This document shows, piece by piece, positions 26,325 through 36,057 of a DNA stretch of 62,403 nt. The notes under the pieces are model-generated. The model had not been told where the DNA came from. It did no database searches and was given only the letters and a program-made list of their open reading frames with translations. Numbering within the stretch: the first letter of the stretch is position 1; each line of letters opens with the position of its first letter. Source of the DNA: Planctomycetota bacterium. Its GTDB lineage: Bacteria > JAJVIF01 > JAPKYR01. Location of the stretch: contig JAUWTM010000006.1 in assembly GCA_030614715.1 (NCBI GenBank), positions 1-62,403 on the forward strand, written 5' to 3'. The translations under genes and the position numbers were made by a program.

Positions 26325-28856
26325 ATGTCAAAGTTTTATAAACTGGCAGTATTGCTTATTACTGTCAGCACCCTCGCAGGCTGCGGTAAATCTCAATCAC
26401 CCCTTGAGACATCGATCAGCTCGGCAACCCTGCCACAACCCACCATAAGCGACAATTTTCAGTCAAACGCAAACAACTTATCCGCAGATACCGGAAGGAT
26501 TACATGGGGCATATGGAACATCAGTATTCCAGCAGACCGCTCAACAGTTGAAATTGTGCCCGACCGATCATCCAACATGCATCTCAACCTCGTCAGGATG
26601 CTTGAAGTCAATCCTTGCGAGGACTGCCTGTCTGTAGAAATCGAACCCCAATCCAACAACGTTATCAATGCCGCTCTGACACTGGAACATCCGATAAACT
26701 ACAACCAGAAACTCACCGGATTCGACGTCCGGGGAATTTTTATATCACCCTCCAATTACGTTTTCCCGACCGATGGCAGGAGCCTCGCATGGGGAGAGGG
26801 GATTACGCATGTGAGTAATCCGGACGGGTACACTCAGCTTTACAATCCGACAGAGTTTAACTTCGCAACGCCGGCAGCACTGGGCTATATCTCGGGCAAC
26901 CTGGCGACCGGAGGCGATTTAACGGCAACACTTAATCCATATGTCGCATACGCAGCCGACCAGCCACGTCGGTTCTTTGGACCGGGTATGTCCAAGACCG
27001 AGACCGTGGAACTGTACGTCCCGTCCGGACCAGTACAGTTCGGGTACGCGGTTGATGCCTGCTGGCATCCGGTGCCGGGTGAGGTGACAAATCCACTTAC
27101 GGATTTTCCTCCCGAGGCAAACTGCCTTGAGGCTTACATGATCGTTACGGTTCTGGACGACGGCCTGGCTCCGGCCATGGGCAGCGAAGTACCGATTTAC
27201 GTTGCGGTTTTCGATCACCAGGGGCAGGAAACCATTAATTCTGTGACGGTTGAATGCCCAGAGCTGTTCGACGGCACCGTTGAGCTCGAATACGCCGATG
27301 GGAGCAGCAACGACGGCTTCATCTACACCGGTACGATCATAAATCAACACGGCGCAGACTACGGTGATTACCCGTTGCTGGTGAAGGTCACGGACGTGCT
27401 GCAGGACATCAACCTAGGCCAGATTGCCGCATGGAATGTTTTTAAAGTTCCAATCAGGTACGGCTGGGGAAGGACCTGGGGAGGAGTATTGTCCGATGCT
27501 GCATACGCAGTCGATGTCGACGGTTCGGGCAATGCTTATGTCACCGGAACATTCAGGGGAACTGCGGATTTCGATCCGGGTCCGCTTGAAGATAATATGG
27601 CAGCCGCGCAGGGATCCGATGCATTCCTGTGTAAATTCAACCCGGCGGGCGTCCGCCAGTGGACAATCACATGGGGCGGTGGTGGCGAGGACAGGGCGTA
27701 CGGAATCGCCGTCGATAACCCGGGTAATTCATATGTTTGTGGTTTCTTTTCAGAGACCGTCGATTTCGATCCCGGCGACGGAGTTCAGGAGGAAGAAGCC
27801 GTCTGGGAGACCGATGTTTACCTTGTCAAGTACAACAAAGAGGGTGAGTTTGAATGGGTCCGAACCTGGGGAGGTCCCAAATCCGAGTCCGCATACGATG
27901 CAGCGGTCGACCAGTCCGGATTCGTCTCAGTCACCGGCTCATTTAAAGGGATGGTCGATTTTATCCCCGGTCCGGCCACAGAGAACCATATCTCCGAAGG
28001 CGGAAGCGACATTTTCCTGTGCAGGTACGATCACACAGGGGTTTTCCAGTGGGCGAGAACGTTTGGAAGCTCCCAGATGGATGGGGGATTCGGTGTGGAG
28101 TGCGACGCGACAGGCAGTATCGCGATGACAGGCTGTTTCAGTGAGACAGTCGATTTCGATATCGGCCCAGGGTTATCCGTTCAGGAATCGAACGGAAACG
28201 AGGATGTTTTCCTCGCCCGGTTCGACACCACGGGCAACCTTTTCTGGTCGCAGGGCTGGGGAGGCACGGATACCGACATCGGTCGTGCCGTCACGCTCGA
28301 AGCCGGCGGTACCGCATTTGTCACAGGGACCTTCAACGGCGGCCTGCTTAACAAGGTCGATTTCGATCCCGGACCGGGCCAGGTTTTCATGGGCTCAAAC
28401 GGCCAGGAGGACGTGTTCGTCAGCGGATTCAGTCCCTCAGGCACTTACATCCAGGCCGCGACCTGGGGAGGGTCCGGAATCGACGCGAGTTACGGCATTG
28501 CTTCCGATGGTTCAGGAAATATTTGCATAACCGGTGGTTTCAATGCTACGGTCGATTTCAATCCCGGGACAGGTATCGATTACCGCTCATCAAGCGGACC
28601 CGACAGCGATGCGTACCTGGTTAAGCTGGATTCGTCCGGTAATTACGTCTGGGCGAGGACCTGGGGTTATGCCGGAATTGAACCGATCGGTGATGAGGGT
28701 CGAGGCGTCGCCATTAACAACGCCGGTGATTCCTTCGTTGCAGGAATTTTTTACGGAACGATCGATTACGAGCCGGGACCGAGCATCGACGAGCGGACTT
28801 CACATGGTGAAACAGATGCATTCCTTGTGAAATTCACACCTGATGGTGAATGGTGA
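26325..28856 (+). CDS. Modular lipoprotein family member 3 (N-module + SBBP-like repeats)
   Basis: AGGAGG RBS, lipobox 'LAGC' and the same architecture as member 2. Confidence 0.9.
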   Translation: MSKFYKLAVLLITVSTLAGCGKSQSPLETSISSATLPQPTISDNFQSNANNLSADTGRITWGIWNISIPADRSTVEIVPDRSSNMHLNLVRMLEVNPCEDCLSVEIEPQSNNVINAALTLEHPINYNQKLTGFDVRGIFISPSNYVFPTDGRSLAWGEGITHVSNPDGYTQLYNPTEFNFATPAALGYISGNLATGGDLTATLNPYVAYAADQPRRFFGPGMSKTETVELYVPSGPVQFGYAVDACWHPVPGEVTNPLTDFPPEANCLEAYMIVTVLDDGLAPAMGSEVPIYVAVFDHQGQETINSVTVECPELFDGTVELEYADGSSNDGFIYTGTIINQHGADYGDYPLLVKVTDVLQDINLGQIAAWNVFKVPIRYGWGRTWGGVLSDAAYAVDVDGSGNAYVTGTFRGTADFDPGPLEDNMAAAQGSDAFLCKFNPAGVRQWTITWGGGGEDRAYGIAVDNPGNSYVCGFFSETVDFDPGDGVQEEEAVWETDVYLVKYNKEGEFEWVRTWGGPKSESAYDAAVDQSGFVSVTGSFKGMVDFIPGPATENHISEGGSDIFLCRYDHTGVFQWARTFGSSQMDGGFGVECDATGSIAMTGCFSETVDFDIGPGLSVQESNGNEDVFLARFDTTGNLFWSQGWGGTDTDIGRAVTLEAGGTAFVTGTFNGGLLNKVDFDPGPGQVFMGSNGQEDVFVSGFSPSGTYIQAATWGGSGIDASYGIASDGSGNICITGGFNATVDFNPGTGIDYRSSSGPDSDAYLVKLDSSGNYVWARTWGYAGIEPIGDEGRGVAINNAGDSFVAGIFYGTIDYEPGPSIDERTSHGETDAFLVKFTPDGEW

Positions 28857-28961
28857 TGCACAAGACTGGTTTACATCGAGGGGTGACATTGGCTTTTAAA
28901 TAAATTAAAATACGGATGAAAGTTGCAGGGCACATGAAATATTAACTTTCAGGAGATAGTC

Positions 28962-29960
28962 ATGAGTTCAAAGAGAATCCTCGTCACAGGGGGAGGAGGG
29001 TATGTAGGATCGCGGCTGATCCGATCATTGCTCGGTCGGGGTGACAAAACTGTTATTCTGGACCTCATGCTGTTCGGCGAGGACCATCTCGCCGATCTGA
29101 TACAAAATCCCAATGTAAAAATCATCAGGGGAGACATCCGTAACGATGTCCTCCTGAAGAAGGCACTAAAAGATGTCGACATGGTGGTGCATCTTGCCGG
29201 ATTATCGAACGACCCGCAGTGCGAACTCGATCCGCGTCAGTCTTGGCAGGTGAATCTTGAAGCTCCGATATTACTCGCGGAACTCGCACGGGAAGCGGGA
29301 GTCGGACGGTTCATCTACGCCTGCTCAACCAGTGTCTACGGTAAATTTGACACGGGCGAAGCCACAGAAGACACTCCGGTCAAGCCACTTAGCCTGTATG
29401 CCGAGCTGAAAGTTGCGGTGGAAAGTGTAATTTTAAAGCGAAACCGCGAGCATTTCGATGTTGTCTCGCTCCGACCAGCCACGCTATGTGGTTATTCCCC
29501 GAGGATGCGATTCGATCTCGCACTTAACACGTTCGCAAAGCAGGCGTGGTTCGATGGGGAGATCACCGTGCACGGCGGGTCACAGATGAGGCCCTGTCTC
29601 ACCGTCGATAACATGGTCCATGCGTACGAGTGCGTTCTGGATGCGGATTCGAAGGATGTCGCGGGATGCGTGTATAACGTAACACAGGACAATTACACAG
29701 TCATGGAACTCGCGTACCTTGCACGCGACACAGTGCGTCCGGAAGCACGTATCAGGGTTACCGATCATGTTGACCCGAGATCGTACCGGGTGAATTCATC
29801 ACGTATCCGGGAAAAACTCGGTTTTGAACCAAAGCAGACATTGACGGAAGCTTTGCTGGAACTCAGGAAGGTGTTTGAAAGCGGCGAGATCACCGATCCC
29901 GACGCACCGATCTACAGGAACGTCGCGTTGATGAAGGAGATTACGACGGAACAAGGTTAA
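28962..29960 (+). CDS. NAD-dependent epimerase/dehydratase (extended SDR)
   Basis: Motifs 'VTGGGGYVG', 'HLAGLS', YxxxK 'YAELK' and 'SPRMRFDL'. Confidence 0.92.
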   Translation: MSSKRILVTGGGGYVGSRLIRSLLGRGDKTVILDLMLFGEDHLADLIQNPNVKIIRGDIRNDVLLKKALKDVDMVVHLAGLSNDPQCELDPRQSWQVNLEAPILLAELAREAGVGRFIYACSTSVYGKFDTGEATEDTPVKPLSLYAELKVAVESVILKRNREHFDVVSLRPATLCGYSPRMRFDLALNTFAKQAWFDGEITVHGGSQMRPCLTVDNMVHAYECVLDADSKDVAGCVYNVTQDNYTVMELAYLARDTVRPEARIRVTDHVDPRSYRVNSSRIREKLGFEPKQTLTEALLELRKVFESGEITDPDAPIYRNVALMKEITTEQG

Positions 29961-30005
29961 AGATTTGTCCTAGAATATATTTAAATAATTCATGGGGAGG
30001 TCGCG

Positions 30006-32543
30006 ATGAGTGCAAGGCAAATTGTACCAGTATTGATATTTCTGCTGGTACTAACCGGTTGCGGAAAATCCCGGAACCCGATCAGTCCCGGTCACGAACA
30101 ACTGGATTCTGTGACTCAATCTGTTAATCCATCAGGATCACAGGCGAACAGAATCATCTGGGGATTCTGGGATATTTCAATCTCGGCCGATGGATCGGTG
30201 GTTGAGATACTCCCCGACCGTGCGACCGCGATGCATTTAAACACTGTCAGGCTGCTAGAGTTCGATCCCTGCCACGATTGCATTTCAGTGGTGAATGTGC
30301 AAACTCTGCCCGGCAACATCCTCCAGGCTGATTTCAGGCTCCGTCATCCCTTCCCCGGGCTTCTTAAGCTTACCGGCTTCGATGTCAGGGGGATTTTCAT
30401 TTCGGAAGCTGATTACACGTGGCCCGAGAGCGGACGGCTTGTGGCGATGGGCGATACCGTGTACCGGATGCTGAATCCCGATGGCTACACTCACCTTTTC
30501 AATCCTACCGATTTTCCCGAGGATTCCCCGACATTCCCGGCCCTGAAATATATTCCCGGACATCACGCCCCCGGCGGCGATCTGACATCGACGCTCAATC
30601 CGTACGTTGCTTACGAGGTCGATCAACCCCGACGCATGTTCATGCCTGGAACTATCAGTGCTCGAACCGTCCAGATCCATAAACCGGATGGTCCGCTGGA
30701 ATTCGGCTATGCGGTCGATGCATGCTGGCAGCTGGTTGAGACAGTTACCGATCCAGTAGAGGATTTTCCAATCGATGCGAACTGCCTTGAGGCGTACACG
30801 ATCAACTCCTCCATGGTTGAAGCCCTGCAATCATCGGCCGGATCAATGGCTGAGATCATCGTCGATGTTTTCGATCACCAGGGTCTCGATACGATTTCAA
30901 CTGTCACAATTGAAGCTCCCGACCTCTACGGTGGGACAATCGATCTGAGTTACGACTCCCAGACAAGCGATGAATCGTGGCAATACAGCGGTACGATCGT
31001 AAACCAGTACGGTGCGTTTGAAGGCGATTATCCCATCCTGATCAGGGTGACTGATTTTAATGCCGATCAGAACCTTGGCGTCGTCGACGCATGGTCCATT
31101 GACTGGATCGAAGTTGAAACGATCATAATTCCCGGAGATGGATGGGCGTTGACATGGGGGGGAGCTGTCATCGACACGGGATTCGGCGTGGAAGTGGACG
31201 GACTTGGGAATATTTACGTTACAGGAGCATTTGATTCCATCGTCGATTTCGAACCCGGGCCCGGTGTTGAGACTCATTCATCAGCGGGACTGGCCGATGT
31301 TTTCCTCAGTAAATTTGATACCCAGGGCAATTTCCAATGGGTCCGAACATGGGGAGGACCGGGTGATCGCGACCAGGGCCGGGAGTTAGCAATATCTGAT
31401 AACGGAGATATCTATGTCTGTGGCTGGTTCACTGACACCGCGGATTTCGATCCCGGTCCGGGTATTGATGAGAAAGAGTCAAACGGGTCGTGGGATTCCT
31501 GGTTGTGCAAGTACAATCCGGATGGTGATTATCTGTGGGGACGGACCTGGGGAAGTAACTTTAAAGATCATTGCTATGATGTTGCCGTAGACGGCCTCGG
31601 TGATGTTTACGTAAGGGGATCTTTCGAGACCACCGTTGATTTTGATCCGGGTCCCGGCGAGGAGTGGCGGACATCGGAAAGCCCCTGGTTCGACACTTAT
31701 ATGAGCAAATTTAATCCTGACGGTGAGTTCCAGTGGGTAGTGACCTGGGGTTCATCCTACTCGCCGTACCCGTACGGATTCTGGGGCAACGTCCTGGCGG
31801 TCGCCAACGACAATTCCATATATGCGGCAACCGGCTTTATCGGAAGTTACGACTTCGATCCCGGGCCGGGCATAGAAATGCACACCTCAAGTGGGAAGTA
31901 CGACGCGGCGATCAGTAAATTCAACAGCGATGGGGATTTCCTGTGGGCGAGATCCTGGGGTGGCCCGCAACGCGATCTGTGCACGGGTGTCTGTGTAGAT
32001 AATACTGGCGTAATTTCAGTGACAGGCGTATTTTGTGAAACGGTCGATTTCGATCCCGGACCAGGAATAGTCACCTACACATCGAATGGCAATGAAGATT
32101 TGTTCTTAGCCAGGTATAACTCAACCGGTATTTTCATATCAGCGGTAGCATGGGGTGGTCCTGACGATGAATACTCATTCAAGGTGGATATAGATGACGA
32201 CGGAAATTCATTGATCGCAGGAAGCTACCAGGAAACAGTCGATTTCGACCCGGGTCCCGGATCAGACACATATACGGCATCAGGAGTTTACGACTACTTT
32301 ATCACCAAATATGATTCGTCCGGTGCATATGTCTGGACCCGTGTCTGGGGATCGGACGAATACCCATCATATCCGTGGGAAGTGGCTCGCGGTCTGGCTG
32401 TCGATGCAGCAGGATATTCGTACATTACAGGCTCATTCGCAGGAACGTTTGATTTCGATCCCGGGCCTGGGATCGATGAGCACAGCTCAAATGATGAATT
32501 GGACGTTTTTCTCATCAAACTGCTGCCGGATGGTTACTGGTAG
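30006..32543 (+). CDS. Modular lipoprotein family member 4 (N-module + SBBP-like repeats)
   Basis: GGGGAGG RBS, lipobox 'LTGC' and the same architecture as members 2 and 3. Confidence 0.9.
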   Translation: MSARQIVPVLIFLLVLTGCGKSRNPISPGHEQLDSVTQSVNPSGSQANRIIWGFWDISISADGSVVEILPDRATAMHLNTVRLLEFDPCHDCISVVNVQTLPGNILQADFRLRHPFPGLLKLTGFDVRGIFISEADYTWPESGRLVAMGDTVYRMLNPDGYTHLFNPTDFPEDSPTFPALKYIPGHHAPGGDLTSTLNPYVAYEVDQPRRMFMPGTISARTVQIHKPDGPLEFGYAVDACWQLVETVTDPVEDFPIDANCLEAYTINSSMVEALQSSAGSMAEIIVDVFDHQGLDTISTVTIEAPDLYGGTIDLSYDSQTSDESWQYSGTIVNQYGAFEGDYPILIRVTDFNADQNLGVVDAWSIDWIEVETIIIPGDGWALTWGGAVIDTGFGVEVDGLGNIYVTGAFDSIVDFEPGPGVETHSSAGLADVFLSKFDTQGNFQWVRTWGGPGDRDQGRELAISDNGDIYVCGWFTDTADFDPGPGIDEKESNGSWDSWLCKYNPDGDYLWGRTWGSNFKDHCYDVAVDGLGDVYVRGSFETTVDFDPGPGEEWRTSESPWFDTYMSKFNPDGEFQWVVTWGSSYSPYPYGFWGNVLAVANDNSIYAATGFIGSYDFDPGPGIEMHTSSGKYDAAISKFNSDGDFLWARSWGGPQRDLCTGVCVDNTGVISVTGVFCETVDFDPGPGIVTYTSNGNEDLFLARYNSTGIFISAVAWGGPDDEYSFKVDIDDDGNSLIAGSYQETVDFDPGPGSDTYTASGVYDYFITKYDSSGAYVWTRVWGSDEYPSYPWEVARGLAVDAAGYSYITGSFAGTFDFDPGPGIDEHSSNDELDVFLIKLLPDGYW

Positions 32544-32666
32544 GTATATGGACACGCACCTTGTGTGTCAATATCAGCCTGTATCGGGTTGACTTTGCAG
32601 TATATCGGGCGTTACTATCAACTTTCGAATTCCGTTAGTACCCATCGAGTTATCGGGAGTATTTAC

Positions 32667-33080
32667 GTGGGTAACGTTCCTACAAGTGATCCTGCTGATG
32701 TTTTCGAGTTCCACAGGAGACTCATCGAAAAACTGCTTGAGTACGAAGATGTCCTGAATGCATTCTCAGACGAAGGAAGCGAACTCGGTATCTATATAAC
32801 AGAGCCCGACGTCCGCCTGCGCCTGATAATAGACGGCCGAAACTCCGAATTGATCAAGGTGGATCCGGACGATGAGAAGGTGGACGATCCACGGATCACA
32901 ATGAGCTGGTCCGTGGCGTACAAATTCTGGTTCGGGTCGATCGATATAATGAGTGCTCTCCTGACCGGATCAATCAAGGTCGAAGGCCAGAACATGGACC
33001 CGCTGTTCAAGCTGAAATCCATAGTCAGCCGGGCCAGGGAAGCCTGCGAAGTCGTTTCCAGTGAGCTGGGCTGGACCTGA
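32667..33080 (+). CDS. SCP2 sterol/lipid-binding-like domain protein
   Basis: GTG at 32667 after GGGAG. 'ITMSWSVAYKFWFGSIDIMSALLTGSIKVEG' resembles the SCP2 C-terminal motif. Confidence 0.7.
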   Translation: MGNVPTSDPADVFEFHRRLIEKLLEYEDVLNAFSDEGSELGIYITEPDVRLRLIIDGRNSELIKVDPDDEKVDDPRITMSWSVAYKFWFGSIDIMSALLTGSIKVEGQNMDPLFKLKSIVSRAREACEVVSSELGWT

Positions 33081-33175
33081 AATCGATCCTCCTGCACCTT
33101 TGATGTGTCGATATGGGGGAGACCGGCACCCGGCAGGGGTTCAACCCGGCGGCGGTAAAGGTCGATATATATATT

Positions 33176-34387
33176 ATGGGTCTTAAGACAACACGACGAT
33201 CTGGCTTGTGGATCCCCGTTATCGCGGGGTGTTTGTTCATACACGCTTTGGTCACTGGTCCACTGTACGGGCAGGGCTATACGGTGAATGTCATCGATTT
33301 GAGAAGTCCCCTGAGCCAGGACATCATATCGGTCATCCTCGAATACAATCCCGTCATGATGCTTGTGGACATAGAGAGGATCGCCCACGACCTGCAGTTC
33401 AACGCAGACAACTACGGTCTCGAACCCGGCCTGCTTCTGGCACTGATGGCTGGCGAAGAGGCCTATCCGGGCAATCCACAGACACGTCTTTACTATTTTA
33501 ACCTCGATATGGGCTCCCTCGCAGACAGCTCGACATTCCCTGAAGCATGGTACGACTCAGAACGGGTCGCACGGGCGTATACGGTACAATTCGAGCGTTA
33601 CGAAGACAGGACAGCTGCGATCGCAGCGTACTTTATCAGCTCCCAGGCGCTCCCTCCTGACGGGGACATTACCGGAGAACCCCAGGCCCTGAAGGACCTG
33701 GTCGGGCTTGTGCTTACCCAGGCTGCGGAATGGTCTCACCTCGGCGATCGCGGAGGACCGCAGGTGGTCGCTCCCGATGAGGACACGCCGGAGACGTCAT
33801 TCGAGTATGTCGAATACGATTTCTCAGAGGTAGAGCAGGCGTACATCGCCAACATGGTCCATTTCAACAGCCAGCTGGATGATGAGACCGCACAGGAAAT
33901 ATTCAACGCGATCCGGACCTATGCGTCGGATTACCAGGTTGTAGATGCGCGTCTTGTTATGGCGCTGGTCGCATGCGAATCGAATTTCAGACCCGACGCT
34001 GTCAGCCACGCAGGCGCGCAGGGACTCGGGCAGCTGATGCCCTTCACTGCCGACGGTTTCGGGATCAATGACCCGTTTAATATCGATGAAAATATTCGCG
34101 GCACGTTTACATACCTCGCAAGGGAGTATGAGCGCTGGACAGGGTATGATTACAGGCTCGACAGGATGCTCGCGGCGTACAACGCCGGACCCGGCGCCGT
34201 GGAGCGGTACACTGATGCCCCCAATTACGGTATCCCGCCCTACCAGGAGACGATGAACTACGTACCAAAGGTGATCAACTACTACTTCTATTTTATTCCG
34301 GAAGCTGAGAGATACGATTTATTGGCTGGAGAAACACGATATGTCATTGAAGCGAACGGCACTGTACGACTACCACTCGGAGAATAA
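33176..34387 (+). CDS. Exported lytic transglycosylase (SLT domain)
   Basis: Signal-like N-terminus; 'ALVACESNF', 'GAQGLGQLMP', 'AAYNAGPG' and 'ETMNYV'. The start is uncertain (33113 or 33176). Confidence 0.9.
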   Translation: MGLKTTRRSGLWIPVIAGCLFIHALVTGPLYGQGYTVNVIDLRSPLSQDIISVILEYNPVMMLVDIERIAHDLQFNADNYGLEPGLLLALMAGEEAYPGNPQTRLYYFNLDMGSLADSSTFPEAWYDSERVARAYTVQFERYEDRTAAIAAYFISSQALPPDGDITGEPQALKDLVGLVLTQAAEWSHLGDRGGPQVVAPDEDTPETSFEYVEYDFSEVEQAYIANMVHFNSQLDDETAQEIFNAIRTYASDYQVVDARLVMALVACESNFRPDAVSHAGAQGLGQLMPFTADGFGINDPFNIDENIRGTFTYLAREYERWTGYDYRLDRMLAAYNAGPGAVERYTDAPNYGIPPYQETMNYVPKVINYYFYFIPEAERYDLLAGETRYVIEANGTVRLPLGE

Positions 34388-35426
34388 TGCCAGGATAATC
34401 GAGTTCGCCGGGTACGAGATGCCCGTCTGGTATACATCGCTCAACCACGAACATAAGAAGGTAAGGACATCAGCGGGAGTTTTCGACCTCTCCCATATGG
34501 GTGAGTTACTCTTCAGGGGTCCCGAGGCACTTGACCGTTTACAGTGGCTTACAAGCAACAACGCTGCAAAACTGAAGGTTGGGCAGGCCCAGTATACGCT
34601 GATTACCAATGAAAACGGTGGAATCCGCGACGACGTAATCGTGTATCACACGGAAGAAGAAGAGTACATGATGGTCGTGAACGCGGCCAATGCAGATAAG
34701 ATCAAAGCGCATGTAACAGAGCAGTTCTCAGCTGACGTATTCGAGGACCGCAGCGATGAAATCACCCTGGTCGCGCTGCAGGGACCGCTTGCAGCCGAAA
34801 TTCTCGGGAATTTGATTCCGGATGATCTCAGCGAGTACAGGATGTTCGCTGTATTTCAGACTTCAATCGACAATTTCCCACTGACAATAGCCAGGACCGG
34901 ATATACAGGAGAAGATGGCTTTGAGCTGTTCGTTGAGAACAAGGACGCTGAAGCGTTATGGGACGCGGTTCTCAGCGCAGGCGGTGAGGATGTCGTGCCG
35001 GTAGGACTAGGTGCGAGAGACACACTGCGTCTGGAAGTCTGCTATTCGCTGTACGGAAACGAGATTGGCGAGGATTCAAACCCATTTGCGGCCAGGGTCG
35101 GATGGGTGGTCAAGTTCAAGAAGCCCGATTACCTGGGTAAGGAAGCCCTGATGAGAATGAAAAAGGAGCCGATGGAACAGCAGCTGGCCGGTCTTGAAGT
35201 CGATCCGGGTCCCGTCCCGCGTCACGGACTGAAGGTATTCAGGGAAGGGGCAGAGGTCGGGATTGTCACGAGCGGGTGCCTGTCACCGATGAGCGGGAAA
35301 CGGATCGCACTCGCATACCTTCCTTCAGAATTAAAGGAAATCGGGACGGAATTGGAAGTTGAACAGCGTGGACGCATGAGCAGAGCGGTCACCGTGGAAA
35401 TTCCGTTTTATAAACGTCCGGAGTAG
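34341..35426 (+). CDS. gcvT: Glycine cleavage system aminomethyltransferase T
   Basis: Motifs 'FAGYEMP', 'FDLSHMG', 'RTGYTGEDGFE' and 'GLGARDTLRLE'. Confidence 0.97.
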   Translation: MSLKRTALYDYHSENNARIIEFAGYEMPVWYTSLNHEHKKVRTSAGVFDLSHMGELLFRGPEALDRLQWLTSNNAAKLKVGQAQYTLITNENGGIRDDVIVYHTEEEEYMMVVNAANADKIKAHVTEQFSADVFEDRSDEITLVALQGPLAAEILGNLIPDDLSEYRMFAVFQTSIDNFPLTIARTGYTGEDGFELFVENKDAEALWDAVLSAGGEDVVPVGLGARDTLRLEVCYSLYGNEIGEDSNPFAARVGWVVKFKKPDYLGKEALMRMKKEPMEQQLAGLEVDPGPVPRHGLKVFREGAEVGIVTSGCLSPMSGKRIALAYLPSELKEIGTELEVEQRGRMSRAVTVEIPFYKRPE

Positions 35427-35511
35427 AAAATCCGTCCCGGGCTTTACAGGCTTAAAATGATTTGATACAACTGTGACTCATATTAAATAGATTCGGAGAA
35501 TTTGAAGCACG

Positions 35512-35901
35512 ATGAATATCCCAGAGAACTGCCGTTACATGGACACTCACGAGTGGATCCGCCTTGAAGGCGATGAGGCTCATGTCGGGATCACTGATTT
35601 CGCCCAGGGGGAGTTAGGCGACGTAGTTTATGTTGAATTACCGGAGATAGAGCATACGCTGGAAGCAGGCGATGAAGCGGGAATGATCGATTCTGCCAAG
35701 ACGACCAGCCCGATAGCTGCACCGGTCACGGGACGGGTTGTCAGGATCAACGAAAAGCTTGCCGATCATCCAGAACTGGTCAACCAGTCACCGTACGAGG
35801 AAGGCTGGCTTTACGTCCTGGAGCCCGAGAATCCCAAGGATATCAACAACCTTCTCGATGCAGCAGCTTACCGCAAGCATGTCGAGGAGGGCGGTCATTG
35901 A
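35512..35901 (+). CDS. gcvH: Glycine cleavage system H protein
   Basis: Motifs 'HEWI', 'VGITDFAQGELGDVVYVELP', lipoyl-Lys in 'DSAKT' and 'NQSPYEEGW'. Confidence 0.96.
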   Translation: MNIPENCRYMDTHEWIRLEGDEAHVGITDFAQGELGDVVYVELPEIEHTLEAGDEAGMIDSAKTTSPIAAPVTGRVVRINEKLADHPELVNQSPYEEGWLYVLEPENPKDINNLLDAAAYRKHVEEGGH

Positions 35902-36057
35902 CCGGATTACCACAGTAAATTCTTCTGTTGAAGGTCAGGGCTGAGTCTTAAAACTTCAATTGCGTTAAAATTTAAATAATGTTAACATTATGCCCGTTGC
36001 AGATATTTCGTGGCGGGAAACCAGTTCTAATTTAACCTCCCCGGGAGGACGTTTTAC

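Noticed and set aside
33096-33163. 6S RNA-like closing stem (ACCTTT...AAAGGT) upstream of the SLT gene
   Set aside because: Only ~67 nt, far shorter than 6S RNA; it may be a chance hairpin.
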